From contig JALJEE010003072.1 of the NCBI GenBank assembly GCA_023231475.1, positions 1 to 64,000 of the forward strand: a stretch of 64,000 bases of DNA. The letters are read 5' to 3'. A program made the position numbers and the translations under genes. Positions within the stretch are counted from its first letter, which is position 1. Each line of letters starts with the position of its first letter. Below the pieces are notes generated by a model, which was given only the letters and a program-made list of their open reading frames with translations, did not search any database and was not told the DNA's origin. This document shows, one piece after another, positions 12,201 through 27,610 of the stretch. This stretch comes from Seison nebaliae. Its lineage: Eukaryota.

Positions 12201-12633
12201 AATCATGCTTATTTTCATAATGCGATCTATTGATACTATTGTTGGCACTAAACGATACATGGTCAACTATGCGGAAGGGTAATGGAATGTATGGGAAGGA
12301 TTAACGAATTTGTTGAAACGATCATCTCAATTCATCTCATCTCATCGAATGGGAATTGAAAGGAAAAATAAATTGACTTTATCTACCAATTCCAATTACA
12401 AACTAAAAAGTTTCTTTTCCTTTTCCAAAAAGAATTTCTCAATAGAATATCTGATCCAATTCGATTGTTTGAGGCAATTCCGTGTTGATTCCAAAAGAAA
12501 GGAATGCTGAAATGTTCCATTCTATTCGTTTGGGTTTTTCTTCTTCTTTTTCCTCTACGATTCGTGGCATTCTTCTTCTTTCAATTTTATTATTATTGAT
12601 TTACTGAAAAATATGATTAGTTCTATTGTTACT

Positions 12634-12669
<36 letters not shown>

Positions 12670-15600
12670 TTACTACTACTACTAATATGACTATTAATAC
12701 TATGAACACAACAACTCTTTTGAGAATCGTAATAGTCGCCATATTTTATCGTCATTGTTTATCGTTATATCTCAAATATGGACAACTCGATTGAGATTCA
12801 TCAAAAATTAATCTCTTTGTATTTTATTGTTAATCTCTGACGACTGCTTACATCATCATCAGCATTATAATCTGTCTTTCTAATTGTTTTTCTTTCTTTC
12901 TACTCAAAACTCTTCTTAATAACACGATGGAATGTTGATGAAATATTGGGAAAGGAAAATGCGGAAAGATAGAGATTTTCATTTCGTGGAACAAATTTCG
13001 AATCATCTCACAAATAAAAGAAAATCATTAAATATTTATAAGTAAAGGTTAGAGTGCACACATGCGTCTAGATGGAGGGGCAATGTAGGGAAAGACACAT
13101 ATCGACTGCAAATAAGAATATTTCGTTCGAAATTTTCCCAAATTATTTCCTTTTTCTATTAGAAGAAGAATATTAGCATTAAGAACGATAATTTTGATAC
13201 GAATCATCATGACAATGATGATGCCGATGACGACGACGACGACGATGATGATTGAACAACATTGATGGGAGAATGTATTAAATTGTGTCGATGAGAAGTG
13301 GATTCGCAGTCGATTAATCTTACGTCTACTTCACTACTCATCATCGAATACTTAATTTTGTATGGTAATTTCAACTTTATTATAAATACCATTCTTTTAC
13401 CCATATCCCTCCTCCATACAACCACACCGACTGGACTCGATATAATGAGACATCGTTATTTTATTGTGCAATTTAAAGTTAAGAGAATGTAATTGTTGTA
13501 AATGAGAATGAAATGAGTATAAACGATCCAATTCCGTCCCATTCAAACTTTACTTTCCTCCATCAAACAGAAACAAAATAAAATTATATAATAACTAGAT
13601 ATTGATCAGAAGACAACTAATATGACTAGCAACGTTGATTGTTGTTAGAATAATAAGAATTCAATAAATTTTTGATAAGTAAATGTTCACATTCCATATT
13701 ATTATTATTATTATTATTATTTCACTTCCCAATGACTACAACTAATATATAGATGTTAAATAGACGAACATAGTTACATATCATGAGATACCTACTCATG
13801 ATATATGATTGCATAATAATATTTTTGTTGTTGTCGTCGTTGTTGGTAATGAGAATGGGGATGATAATGCATATATTCACCTTTTTTTTATAGTTCTAAT
13901 TCTTCTGATCAGTATGCATTTCTGGAATATGTGTAATGAAATATGACAAGAACGTCTGTTTACTATAAACAATCGATTCCTGTTGGAGAGTGGAGATAGA
14001 TAGATAGATAGATAGATACTTATATTTCAATAATTTCACAAAAAGAATTCCACTGAAGAAATGAAAAGTAAGAAAAATTTATAATAAATTTTTGAAAATT
14101 GTTTATTTTTCTATCACCTATTCCGCTAATATCTGTTCTTTATTGCATATTTTTTGAAAATAACATTTTGGAGAAAATTTTGATTAATTTAATTATTCTT
14201 ATAGTCATCAACAATATCGTCGTCATCGTCATCATCGTCATCATTAATTAAAGGAATAATCAATATCTTTCATGCAAATAATATCTATTTGTTCCTGACG
14301 ATCATTGGTCTCTAAGCAAGGCGACTCTTAAAAAAGGGTCTTGAAGGAGAGGGGAATAGTTCAGTATTGGAATCTCATACTCTCCCTCATGAATAAATAA
14401 ATAAGACGTAGGAAATAATTCGACGATAATTGGAAGATGAATAGAAAATAAATTTATTATCTTATTAACTTATTGACATCAACAATTTGCTTAGCACATT
14501 TCGTTCATGTCTAATAAGAATTTTTAATTGGAAATTGGAACGTAAGAAAAATAGAAAAGTGTTTGTATAATTCATTCCATTTCCGTCAGAAAATGGATTA
14601 TACTCCACCAATATCCTTAAACTGTGCATCAAAGCGTAGAGAGCATGAATAATTATTTTGAATTAAAATTTTAAGAATGAATTTCATTTTGTTTTCTTTT
14701 GGAAATTCCCATTTCGAACATATCCAAAATAATTTTGGAATGTTCAACGAAGTTCGGAGAAGATGAACGGACAAAATGTAAGAGGAATTAGGAAATGGAA
14801 GTGTCGGTTGGAAGGAGAACGAAAGAGGAAAACTATATTAATTTCATTCGATCATGTTGAAGAAAACATAAAAGAATCATATTTCAATGATGACTTCCGT
14901 TTTTGTTTATTCGCATTCGAATCAATCTGACCAGTTAAATGTTGAAAAGTGGAAAAGTTGAGATTAATGAAAAAGAAAAATAGAGATGTCTCATATTCCC
15001 GTCGGATTATTTGATGGTGCTCGTTAATTTTATGGTAGAAGAGGAACGATTTGATTCGGAAAGAATCATTTCTTCCCAAACGAGAAATAATTTATTTTGA
15101 GGAATACTTTTCTCCTTTCCATTGACATAAAGATAAAATGATTTGTTTCAAGTTTTTTTTTCTTCTTCTTCTTTTTCTTTTACTTTGTAAACGATTTAAG
15201 GTTATTACATGAGAATTAAAAGGAATTTTCGATTCTTATATTATTTGTCATTTGAAGTTCAAATGATATGTTAAAATGATGTATAATGATTAAGATGTAT
15301 TTAAGAAGAATTATCTATTATTATCAAATTGTTGTCGTTGTTGTTGGTGTTGTTGGATGAATGAGAAGACGAAATAGATGAAAAAGAAAAATGGAAAATG
15401 GAAAAAAGAAATTGTACTGACTTGTATCGTTGTGATGATCAATATTGACTTTCATCATCAATGACGGGAGAGATTGATAGTGATAAATTTCGTTTGTTTT
15501 ACTTTTATCATTCCGATTATCATCATCCGTTTCGAGGATGAATGGTAACATTCTCAGATTGCCCCCATTCAATGAATCGTTCGGTAGACGAACGTTATCT

Positions 15601-18600
15601 GATGAATGAGGTAACGATGTGAAATTGGGCGCACAGTGTTCTCTCGGGGAGAACTTGGTGTTTCCCGTGAGTTCACTAGTCATCTGATGATGTTTTTTGA
15701 AGAGATGCTGGTGAGTGTTTTGGGTGGAGGTGACTGAATGTTTGGCGAATGAGAAGGATGTGGATGTGGGTTGTTCGTCTTCACTAATAGTGAAATTGTA
15801 TTTCCAATCATCAAACGGTATTACATCATCATATGTTCTGAATGTACGTAAAGTGGATAATTCGTCGTCGGTGCGTGAATAATGTCGAGAACATGAAGAT
15901 GAAATGATGTTATTCTGATAATTCCTTAAATATTTATTAAATAGTTGGTGTTTATGATGAATTGGAGTAATCATCTTATTAGACTCCACTCCACAACACA
16001 CCGGATTAGAAAGAGTAGTTATTGAATGATATTTCTTATAATCCACATTCGAGATGGGAAATGACGGAATAGATGATAATAATGTCGAAGATGATGTTGT
16101 TGCTGTTGTTGAAGATGATGATGATGATGATGTTAATATGGTCGTTGTTGATGAGATGGATGAGCATGTTGATGAAATGGTTAAATGATTTGATAGAGGT
16201 GTTATTTGGACAACGTTTGGACTTCTAATCGTTCCAATCAATTTCGTTTTTATTCCATCCTTATTATGTCTCTCAACTGATTCTATCTCATCGTAATTTC
16301 GATTGAACATCGAATCATTAATTATTTTATTATTCATTTCATTCTGTCTCTCATCAGTTAACACATCTACTTTAATAGGCATGAATGTCGTATTATCGAT
16401 TTGTTGGGGAACAGATGAAGTCTTCCCTCCAAACTGCTCCTCCTCCACATATTGTGGGAAGCAATCAAAATTCACAATTTGCTGCGTTCCATTATGTTGA
16501 TGATTCAGGTGTTGAAAATGATTCTTACTCTGAATTTTATTTCCCGATTTGGAGATTTGTTGAATATTTGGTGAATGAAGTGAATTATCTTGATACATAT
16601 TCGGATTGAGCAACGAATTTACATCATTCAATCGATATGATGTTGATTCAATTTGATCACAATGCAGTTGATGACAATGTTGAAATGACTGTTGGTGTTG
16701 TTGTTGTGGTTGTTGTTTTACATCTCCTTTCACATTTGATCTATTAGAATTATGTGAATTTAATTGTTCTTGTTCATATAGTTGTTGCTGTTGTTCATGT
16801 TGGAAATGATCATATTGAAGTTGTTGTTGCTGTTGTTGATGATGATATTGTTGTTGAAGTAGATAAATATATTCACGATCATAATCATTTAATTTTAAAT
16901 CATTATTATCATTATTATTATTGTCGTTGCTGTTGTTGTTTAGAGAAGAAGCATTTGTAGTAGATGATATAATATAACTGGTAGCGTCAATCGTCTCATT
17001 ATTTCCATTCAATGACATTGTATTAAGAATTGGTGTATTTTTATTCGTGGATATATTGCTTCGATGGATATTAGAAGCAATCGTTGAAGTTATCTTCTCC
17101 AAATGATCATCTTGACGACAATGAGTCAAGCACGTTGAATAATTACTTCCGTTTTTCTCCAATTCTATTTCGTCGTTCGCCGTTTCCACTTCATTTGATA
17201 CGCCATTCCGCATTATACGATCTGTTAAATGGCGAAGTATATTCGATCTTTTCTTCGATCGACGTCTTGCTGACGAAAACAATTTCTGACGATCACTCGC
17301 TTTCTCATCCATTGAATACTGACCGATATTCAAACGATTCTCATCAATTCTCTTCCACTTTCCTTTCTCTAACTCTCCGTTATTATTATTCTTATTCTTC
17401 TTCTTCTTCTCTCCAATGTTCCTGCTACTCTTCTCATTCCTGTCTGATATCAATGAAGAGAAATTATCATTCTCCATTTCATATCGTTCATCCATCTCGT
17501 TCACATTGGAAATCGTGGTATTCGTCGAACTGTTTGTCGGAGTGTTGTTAGCACAACGTTGAATTGTCTTCCACCTAATCACCGTAAACAATAAACTCGT
17601 TTTACGTTCATTTAATACTTTCCTCACATCATGTTGCGAAAGATGATCGACCCGCTCCCCATCAATTTTCACAAGAATATCACTATTCTTTAAAGGACAT
17701 TCGATGGAGATCTTCTTCTCTTGTGAATCGTCTTTTAATTTGATTTGATGTTCTCGACGATTATCCGGATTGATAATAAAACGTTTATCAAATAAATCTG
17801 AATGAACTTTCACCTGTCAAATTTTAAGATAAAAGTAAATATTAGTAATTGTCAATTTCTCAAATTAATTTCCAATTTAACAATCCATCTGAATATTACC
17901 ATCAAACTTTTCCAATTTACATCATAATAAACTTCTAATTATTATTATGCGTCTATTCCGATTTATCTTCCTTTCAATTACATTTCTTCTTCTCTTCTAC
18001 TATTCTCTTATCAATTTCTCTATAATTTCTCAAAAAGAAATTTCTTCTTCTTGCTCAATGCACGAAAAATCTGACAATATAACCGCTCCATTATTTGAGA
18101 GGGAGGGGAGGTGAGAGGTGGAAGAACATTGGATAGAAATAGGAAAAACAAAGTTCTCGCCTAGAGATAAGAAGGAGAATATGCAGAAGAAAAGTAAAAA
18201 TAAAGGACGAAAAGTTTAGGAAAAGAATTGTGAAGTTTTCCCGAGGAGCATAAGTAAAAAAGAAAAAACATTCTCCCACTCCGATGAGAGAGAGGTAAAT
18301 GACGTTCTTATAGGATTGACTGATTTCCGATGAAATTCGTGTATTATGCAAATTGTTGGAGGGTTGAAAATGCTTATTCTCTCCTCAAATAATACGAGTT
18401 CGAATTGATTAGAAGGAGAATATTAAAATGAAAAAACTCTCAATATAATATTCGATCGAGAAATTTTTCTTTCCTCAAATTCCTCGTAAAAAGGAAGAAA
18501 AATAATATGTCAAAGAAGACAGACTAGTTCGTTAGTGAAAAATGAGAAATGTTAATGAAACAATGAAAACAACATTTTTTCCTTCCGAAAAAGGTAAAGT

Positions 18601-21378
18601 GCACGACATAAAATGATCATTCATGTCCGAAAATTATTTATTCTTGCCCGTCTAATTCCACTTAATTTATTTTCGATTTAATCAAACGGAAGTCATTCAA
18701 CTCTAAAATATCTGTCCCGTTTCTCATCCAATCGATTATATAATTATCACGTCTCAATGTCAGTAGCGTTCATGTAATGATAAATCGAAGAATAGCGTCT
18801 TCAAACATCTTGATATTATTCTAATAATTTTTAATTGTTGAAAGTAAAATATTCTCCCAATATTCATGAGAATATTCTGTGAGAAAATTATAGAATTACA
18901 TAAGAATTTTCATTATTAACTGTCTGAAATAAGTGAAATGGAATTCCATTAAAGAAAAAAGGAGGAAACTAATAGTAGTCTTTTGGTATTCATTAAGAAA
19001 ATAATATTGGGAAGAAATAAAGTTGAGAAATAATTGGATAGTCTTATGACATTCAAATTTCTAATCTAATAACAATACATTATATTCGATGTCCAATTCT
19101 CCCGATGTCTTTAATATCTCAATCAAAGAGACAGATATTTCTATTACGACTGCAACTAAAGTACCTCCACACACAGACACACAAATCATTTATCTGATAT
19201 GTTAAACTTACTATGAAAAAATCATCGGATGTACATAATTTATTACGTAAATTGGTGTAATACTCATAAAACTTTTTACTATAATTTAATTTATTAATTT
19301 CTTTTTATTCTCAAAAGAGGAAACAAAGAGATTCCATTTCACGATATGAAATACATTTCACCAAATCATTAAAAAAAACTTGTGAAAGATGAAAAGTATG
19401 AGAAAAAATTGAAAGTTCCTTGAAATCATCAGGAAGAAAGTGTTGTGGGAGCATAAAGGAAAATCCATAACGATACAGTTCGAACGGAATTTCCTCTGGA
19501 ATGTAATGTTAGCGACATCTGGAAATCGGGAAACGATTATTAGTAAATTGTTTTAGAGAATTCGATGTTGAATAATATTGGATGTTTGGAAGGAATGTTA
19601 AGTGATTGATTGAATGTAATCCGTTTCATTGAGAAAAGATAAGAGATCTGTATGTGCTGTACTTCATCTGTGATAAATTGTTAGTAGTACTTCAGTAAGA
19701 TAAAACTTATTTATTTGGATTGTTACGGGGAAAAATAAATAAGGAAAAGGATAAGTAAAAAGGAGAAGATATTTCCTATAATCTAATGTAACAAGATATT
19801 ATTCGAATTTATTATCATTTGTTTTATGTCGAGAGAAAGTTTTGTGCATTTGTAAGACGAGTATATATATGTGAAAGGGGATTAATGTAAAATTATGGGA
19901 AAATAGAATGAGAAAAAGATGAAGAAGAAGAAGAAGAAGAAGAAAAGTATGATGAATTAACCGTCAGAATAATTGCTTCTGATTGTCTTTTCGGCATATT
20001 TCTTTTTTGATATTTATTGAGATTAATTTCATCATTTGTAAATTGAATTAGATGATTGTCGATTGCATTACTTTCGTCATCATCGTCATCATCGTCGTCA
20101 TTATCATCGTTATCGATAATTTCCTGTTTGATAATCTCAATGGTAGTTGGATTAGAATAATTGAATGAATGTTCTTCGTCTTTGATACGGGAAGAAGGGC
20201 GAGATATGAGTTGGTCAGATGATTGTTTCTGGTCGAAGGATAATGCGGATTTGAAGGAATAATCTTCGTCAATTAATAGCGAATTGTTTTCGGTTGGAAT
20301 CGACGAGTTGGTGGGTGGGACGTCCTCACTAAAATCAGTAATATAAGAGAAATTCTCGTCGATGAATTGACAATTCTGGTTGTAATTGTTGTTAGTAGAA
20401 TTGAGTGAGTAGATTGATTCATTTAGATCATCATCTATAAATTGGAGATCATTAATTCGATTTATTTTCTTCCATTCATCATCAACATCATCGAAATGAT
20501 TTCTCGATTTTAAGAGAGGAAAAGAATTAATTTGACTATTGATAACACTCCTTCTATTCGACGGATTGTCTCGCAAACAATAATTTTCATAAATATTCGA
20601 AGTTCCTCTTCCCGCCAATAATGATGCTCCTGTTCTGTCTATTGTTCTCGTTACTGGAGTTGTTGTGATTGTTGTCGTTATAGTTACAGAGCTGATTTTA
20701 TCATTCTCCTTATAATTCGACTTTAATTGTTTCCGTTGTGTCGATTTCCTATAATTCTTCCTTCGATGATATGATGTCAATTGTTGTTTGAGATATTTTC
20801 TCCCGATCTCACATGGATTGTGAGAAGGTTGAAGACGTGGATTATTCACATTTATCATCAACTCATTCTCATGTTGATCTTCTTCATTCTTATTCGTCTT
20901 CTCATTATTCTCCTTCGAATAGGCCAACGACGATGATAAGAGAAATGATGAGTGAACAAAAGGAATGTTAAATGGTGCATATGATGGTGCAGGTGACGAC
21001 GACGAATTGGATGATGACAATGCCGAATAAATAAGATTATTTTCCAGAATTTTCTTATTCTTCTCAAGCTGATTATTTCTCCAATTCATTTTCATTCCAC
21101 ATTTTGGAATAAACAACTCACTATCATCGCTATTGACGGTAGTCGACATACATTCTCTACAAAACATTCAAATATTATTCACTTTTCCTAAAATTTAACT
21201 TTTCTTCATCATCCAACGAATTCTTTTCATAAATCGAAGAAACTTTAGAAATTAATGAATAATCTTCATTGGAATTGGGAGAGATTGAACAGTTGACGAA
21301 CTGTGAAGATGATGATGGTATTACTGATGATGATGATGATGAGAAAGATGATCCGTAATCTTGATTCTTATCCATCAT
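6298..21378 (-). CDS. MAGI-like multi-PDZ scaffold protein (about 10 exons, roughly 2500 aa, four PDZ domains, long N/H/Q/T/S low-complexity linkers)
   Basis: Approximate exons 21378-21200, 21156-19962, 17813-15423, 10519-8463, 8416-8145, 8085-7855, 7811-7577, 7501-7471, 7419-7071 and 7013-6298 join in phase via GT..AG introns. PDZ motifs are NGFGFTVREE..SAASRDGRLRSGDEIIGMNG, TYGFQI..KIIDGSIADKARRIYPNDELIAVHG and LRRGKKGFGFSIRGGSDFN (like the last PDZ of MAGI). Confidence 0.75.
12633..12683. repeat. (TAC)n microsatellite in the long intron of the PDZ gene
   Basis: Near-perfect run of CTA/TAC triplets. Confidence 0.85.
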
Positions 21379-24300
21379 TGCAAGAAATAGGAAAAAGATT
21401 GATTTAATTTCTGTTTGTTTATAATTTTTTTCTAATTAATTTCATGTTTTTCAAAAAATTTAAACAATAAATCTCTTTCGTCCGGGACGAATCTCCTCTA
21501 TTATCTGTAGTATCACAAATAAATTTTTAAAGGTGGAAAAAATATGAAATGATAATTTGGAAATTTATTGGGGAAGATTATCATCAACCAAATTTCATGA
21601 TATTGACGACTCTATAATAGATAATGTCGATGAAGATTGACGCATATTTCTCTCATGTGTATATGTTTCGATGAAATTCTAAATAATCATGTTGATAGTG
21701 CAGATAACATCGTTAGATGGATGATACATTGACGTCCTTGTCGAAAAGTTGAATGAAGAAAATTCACGGATAGTACAAAGTAGATTCGAGTGGCAGTAAA
21801 CATGAATAATAATTGAATAATTTATTTCATGCTGACGAAATTGAACAGATTGTTTTGTCATTCTTTCATCTTTCATTCTCTCCCAATTTGTTGATTAGCA
21901 TATTTCCCAGTAATTTCACTCTCTAATTATCATAAAATGGAAAGTTGTATTTAAATTTAATTTCTTCCCATTTCACAACATTCTCTTTCCTTCTCATTCC
22001 GTTGCAACTCGATGATATTCTTCTAACTCATATTCTAACGACGTAAAAAGAAAGTTTAGAAAATTACCTTCTCACAAAAAGTTCGTTCCACAATAAATAT
22101 AATTAAGAAAAGTCAAACCATTAATCATTTCTCCTTTTCCTAATTCAACCAAAACTACCACCAGTCTTTTACTTAACTGCGATATAACTAGACATATCGA
22201 CAAACCTCATTTCAGATATTTCCGACATACTCTCTATTACTTTTTCTTCACCATCCAGATGACCGGTTTATGATTCCCATGAAAGTTGTTCAGAATTCTC
22301 AAAAATTCCGTTCTCATCAAAAATATAGTTCAAAAAATTTTACGTTTGTTGTCTGTCGATTTTTCGTTAAAGAAAAAAACGTTGCAGATCTCTAGCGTTT
22401 GGAATATAAATTTAAATTAAAATTCTGAAAAGTAAAAAAAGGAAAAATTTCAAATTGCCGCCAAATTTTATTTGAAGAATTTCTCCTTCTTTTTTGAAGG
22501 AATTAGAGAATTAATATTGAATTAAGATGTTGATTAGGACGATTATTTGATTAGAGGTGATTAAGCAACTTATCAATTAGATCAATCATGATTTTGATGT
22601 GACATAAGAATTTGCAAGAAAATTAACTGACACGGAACGGAATGAGAAGAAAATGTTTAATAAGAACAACTTCCATGAATTGGAAGAATGGATATGAATA
22701 TGGAATGGAAATGTATCATTCTTTTTGACATTCACGTCAATCTGTTCACAATAGCAAAATAATTTATTAAAAATTTCCGTCTGCCGAACAATTACTGTCT
22801 TATGCCAGCACATCAATTCATTCACACTTTCCGTCGATCTTATCCAGTTACTGATATATAATTTATCATCTTTCTTCATCAATTCATCTTGTTCTTATTT
22901 TTTCTCATTATCAATTTACCCATTATTTTCATCTTTCCTTTAATAGTATTAGGATTGTGTCGAAGGATTAATATGTGGAAACAGTTCGATTTCCTTCATT
23001 TCTATTAATCACGAAGTAAATTACATATGTAAATAAGTCATCTCTCCTCTCTCTCTTTCTCCACCAGCTCCACCAGGATTAATTCCTTCACATTTCTTTA
23101 CAATCTCATACAATCTTGTTTTTAACAAGCTCATAACAAATCCTTATGATCGAACGGATATTATTCGTCATTCTCCCATAATCCAATCTACTCATTGACC
23201 TTTCCATATCTGCCTCTTCCATTCTCTACCTTAACGATTCTAACTCATTCCTCTTCCTTATCAACTTCTCAACGAACAAAAGGAACTCTAAAGACAATGG
23301 GAGAGAAGGAGTAGAAATTCAAAGAAAGATGGTAGAAACTGCAAGAAAATTGCATATCAAACATCATATCAAATATTTTTTTCCAGAAAATTTTATTTGA
23401 CTCAAATGACAATTTCGCTCGACTAATAGATAAAAGTTATTTATTCAATGAAATTGAATATGGAAAATAATGAGAATATGGAGAAGAAGAAAGAAATTTT
23501 GAATGAAAATTTGATACGAAACTGATAAAGAAAATCGGATGAATATGAAAATATATGGTGAATAAAGAATGGTGATAATTTATTGTTATAATTTTGAATT
23601 ATTATTATAATTATTGAAATAATAAGAACAAGATGAATGAATTTCGAACAAATTACTTTTTCTCCTAATACAAAGACGAAGTCAAAAAAATTCTTTCATA
23701 TTCTTATTCGATTATGCTTCTCTTTTGCCCACTATTTTTCTCCCATTCCTAATAACAAAATTCCTGCACAAACAATTCTACATAATATGACTGCATCAAT
23801 AATTTGTGTGAATTCGATGATGCCACATAATTTCTGGTAGAAGAATAATTCGACTTTCTTACCAAACTCCATCTTTCTTGTCTCTTTAATCGTTCATTCT
23901 TCGACAATGGAAAATGGAAAACTTTTGTTAAGGAAGAAATTTCTCAAAAATTTTTGTTTCTTTTTCCTGTTTTCTTGTCATCATCATCATTTTCTTCATT
24001 TTCGTCATCACTTTCTTCTGTTACATTTTTATGCAATATCTTCCCAAATACATTCCTAACAAAATATATAGCTCACGAATATGAAGTCCAATCATTCAAA
24101 TTACCGATATTCGTCTGGAAAACACTTAAGTCTTCTCATTCGTAATCTCCTCTCGATCAATCAATTCATCTGTCTCCTAAACATTTCCAAGTAAGAACAA
24201 CAATGGGACATAACAGAATTAGAAGAAATGGTAATGATTGAAGTAAAAGAAAAAGAAAAGGATTTTCCTTATTATTCAATTGTTGATGAATGAATTACAT

Positions 24301-26527
24301 TATTGATGAGTAAACATTACTAAATAAAACATATGTTCGACTATGCTCAATTAGACGATTTAATTGAGTTTCTCTTCCAATTGTGCACTAAAAAACATAA
24401 AAAACTCTTTGACTAAATCCTTGACAGTAATTCCCGAAGTTTTGGTTAATGCCATTCAGCTGCATTGTTTCCCCACACTCTAATTCCATTCATGCCATCT
24501 GACAAATAACTAATTAATTCTAAAAAATTTATTAATCCAATATGCTCCCACCGACGACCTAGTTCAACCTTTAAAATTTTTATTATCTTCATTTCACTAA
24601 TAATTACATATAGACAGAAGGGGATTCATTCCATCGAAATATATGATAAGTAACATCTGAGAAGATCAACGGAAAATAGCAATTGTTTTTCGCCTATTTA
24701 TCCTTATCCATTTTCTTCAATATTTCCCTACAATAATTATTGTAACGTTCAAATAAATAATTCGTCGAGAAAAAAGATCCTTGATTTCACCATTTCCATC
24801 ATGCTATGATTCAATGAATTGCCTAGAAATAACGAATAGAGGAGCAGAGAGTTGATTTTCTAATTTTAAATCAATTATTTCCTCCATTCTTTTCTCCTTC
24901 ACCATACTGTCGCTGATGGAGTAACTGCGCGGTGATATGCATCTATCGAAAACCAAATGGAAAATGGAAAATGTCCCGAAACAATTTTTAAAATATTTTC
25001 ATTATCATCAAATCAAATTGACTCGAATTCTGCAAATTAGACCAACATTGAATAATAATGACAATTATCATCAGAGAATCCATTTTCAAAAAATGATGAA
25101 TCAAATTTTTTTCCATTTTTTAACCAAAATATATTTATTGGAAAACTTGGAACTATTATTGGAAATGTCTAGCAAATATAAATGGGGAAAAGGAAAGAAA
25201 TTTGTATTTAAATTTAATTTCAATTATTCTGATAACGAACAATAATCATAATATTAGGATATTAATATCATAAATTTCGATAACTTATTAATGGAACGGA
25301 AAAAACATGTTAGCTCTCCATATTACTCATATACTACAATAAAGAGGAATTTGATTAAAGAAGATCTTCTCTGTTTGAACACACTTCAGATAATCGGATG
25401 TATTGTTATAATAAAGAAATTATCATCCAAGTCGACGATGGAAAATTTGAGAAAGAATTTTGTGGAGTATCATTTACATGAGTATTCTTTAAGATACAAG
25501 TTTACCAGTGTTCAAGTCTGTCCAACATCCAATAACCGAATAAGTCATCCATATATCATTTGTGGAATGAAACATATTCTTATCTCCCAAAGAACAAATT
25601 AGAGGACTCAAAAATATTACTGAATTTATAAATGTGTTTTGTGCATATTTTTAATTCGTAATCCATTTTAATTTGTTAGAAACCTGATTCTGAACATATC
25701 CTCTCCTATTTCCTTCGATTTCCTATCATTCTTGTCTTCATAATTTCCCTCCAATGGGAAATACTTGTGATAAATATTTGATTCTTCTTCCCATCTACTT
25801 ACATTGACTGAGTATTCACATTCAATAGAATTTTTAAGAATAATAGAAAATTAACGTTCCTATCAGAAATTGTTTAATTGAAATATGAGTAACTTAACTG
25901 ACAAGTTAGTTTGAATATCTACTAAATATTTATGACAGCAAAGTTACCTGGTATTGAGATGTGAATTTTAAACTTAAAAAATTAAATTTTAAATAGTTAA
26001 ATAATTTATTTGTTTATTCAGAATTGTCGTATTGTTTTAAATTGACTTTCAAATTGATGATAATCCCATCTTTGCTAGATGATCTTGCTAATTTTAACAA
26101 ATTCGATGTGTTTTTATTTCATGTTTTTGGTCATTTCCCAATTGAAGATAAAATGTCGTTTTGATGACTGATGGAAATTGGTGGAAAATGTGAATAATGA
26201 TAACTGAATAATTTTAATTAAAAAAATAAATAAGATTATTCGACATAAACAACATGGAAAACAAAACCAGTAAGGAAAATAATAGACGAATCATGTCACC
26301 GAAACAGATTGAGATAAAATCGTCATAGAAAATTACAGACAAACTGGTTCAGAAAAATTAAATGATAAAATTTGATTATGATCTGTGTAAAATTGGATGT
26401 CACCATTAATTGAATGTCGTTTCTCACATCTCAGCTCTCTTTTCTCAACTCATATATGATCTGATTGATTAGAACGAACATTCCAATCCAGGCTCAATGA
26501 ATATCTATCGTTTACCGTTTTCTCGTC

Positions 26528-26599
26528 GGTTCTATGGTGTAGCGGTGAGCACTCTGGACTTTGAATCCAGCGACCCGAGTTCGAATCTCGGTAGGACCT
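26528..26599 (+). tRNA. tRNA-Gln (anticodon TTG)
   Basis: 72 nt; acceptor stem GGTTCTA/TAGGACC, D arm, anticodon arm CTGGA-CTTTGAA-TCCAG, T arm CCGAG-TTCGAAT-CTCGG. An oligo-T run (Pol III terminator-like) follows about 10 nt downstream. Confidence 0.95.
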
Positions 26600-27610
26600 T
26601 CATATAATTTTTAGTATCTATCGAATAACATCGAAACATTTTACAGACAACTCATCTCGAATCATTGGTGAGGAAATTTGATACGAATTGTATATGAAGG
26701 AAGAGAATGTGCGATGAATTTTTAACAGCTCTCCCTTCCCAATTGAGGAGATAAGTAAAATTGAGCAGAATAACATGATGTTGCATGGTCAACATTCATG
26801 AATAATGACAAACTAGTAAAGTGGGCAATTGGCATAATGATTGCCTGTTTTTATGACATGAATGAAACGGTGGAAAGTATCAATTTGTAAATTTAATTTG
26901 TAAATGAGCTCATCTTTACATTCGATATTGGTAGAAAAAGTCTAACAACCTGTAACTACGTCAAAATAATTATTTTGTTATTCTACTCCCTCATACATGT
27001 AGTTGATGTTGGAAAATGTTTAGATGAAATCCAATTTATTTTTGAATATCATTCCTTTTATTGTATGATTTTTATCTTTCTTTTGAAACTTGTCCAAATT
27101 ATATTCATGATAAAATTAATGATGTTTGACAATTCTTATGAAATTTTCCGTTAATTCAGTTAAGCTAATTTTAAGTTCAATAGGGAAAATTCAATAATTT
27201 TTATTTTTATTATGTCATTGGCGAGATATAATTCTCGGAAGTGAATGCGTATATTTAGTTTAGGAGTATTTAGTTATACGATGATTTTGTTTGTTTCAAA
27301 TTTTTTACAGAGAAAGATATGGAATTAGAATAAATATTAAAGTGCCTTTCCATTTTCAAAACTTTGCGATGTGAATTAGAAAAGTTTAGGTTTAATTCGA
27401 TTGATAAATTTAGGTGATTGTTTTATTTGGGTTTCATTTGAGTTTCAATTTGAAATTGGTGGGCTGAGTGTGTAATGTTAATTAGAGTAAAAATTGGTTT
27501 GAGATTTAAGCCGCACATAAAGTAAATTATGTAATTTATTAGTTAATATTCTTCATTTGAACATCGAAATTTATTTAGTTTATGAAATAATAGGACGTTC
27601 GTAACAGAGA

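Noticed and set aside
8510..17551. Many plus-strand ORFs (for example 8510-8782, 9194-9544, 16303-16960, 17084-17551)
   Set aside because: Antisense shadows of the low-complexity PDZ exons.
19497..19530. TGGAATGTAA matching the miR-1 5' end
   Set aside because: The match stops after 10 nt and there is no convincing precursor hairpin.
21679..26500. Short ORFs of 60-103 aa in the long intergenic tract
   Set aside because: F/I/L/S/K-rich translations typical of AT-rich non-coding DNA, with no motifs or consistent exon chains.
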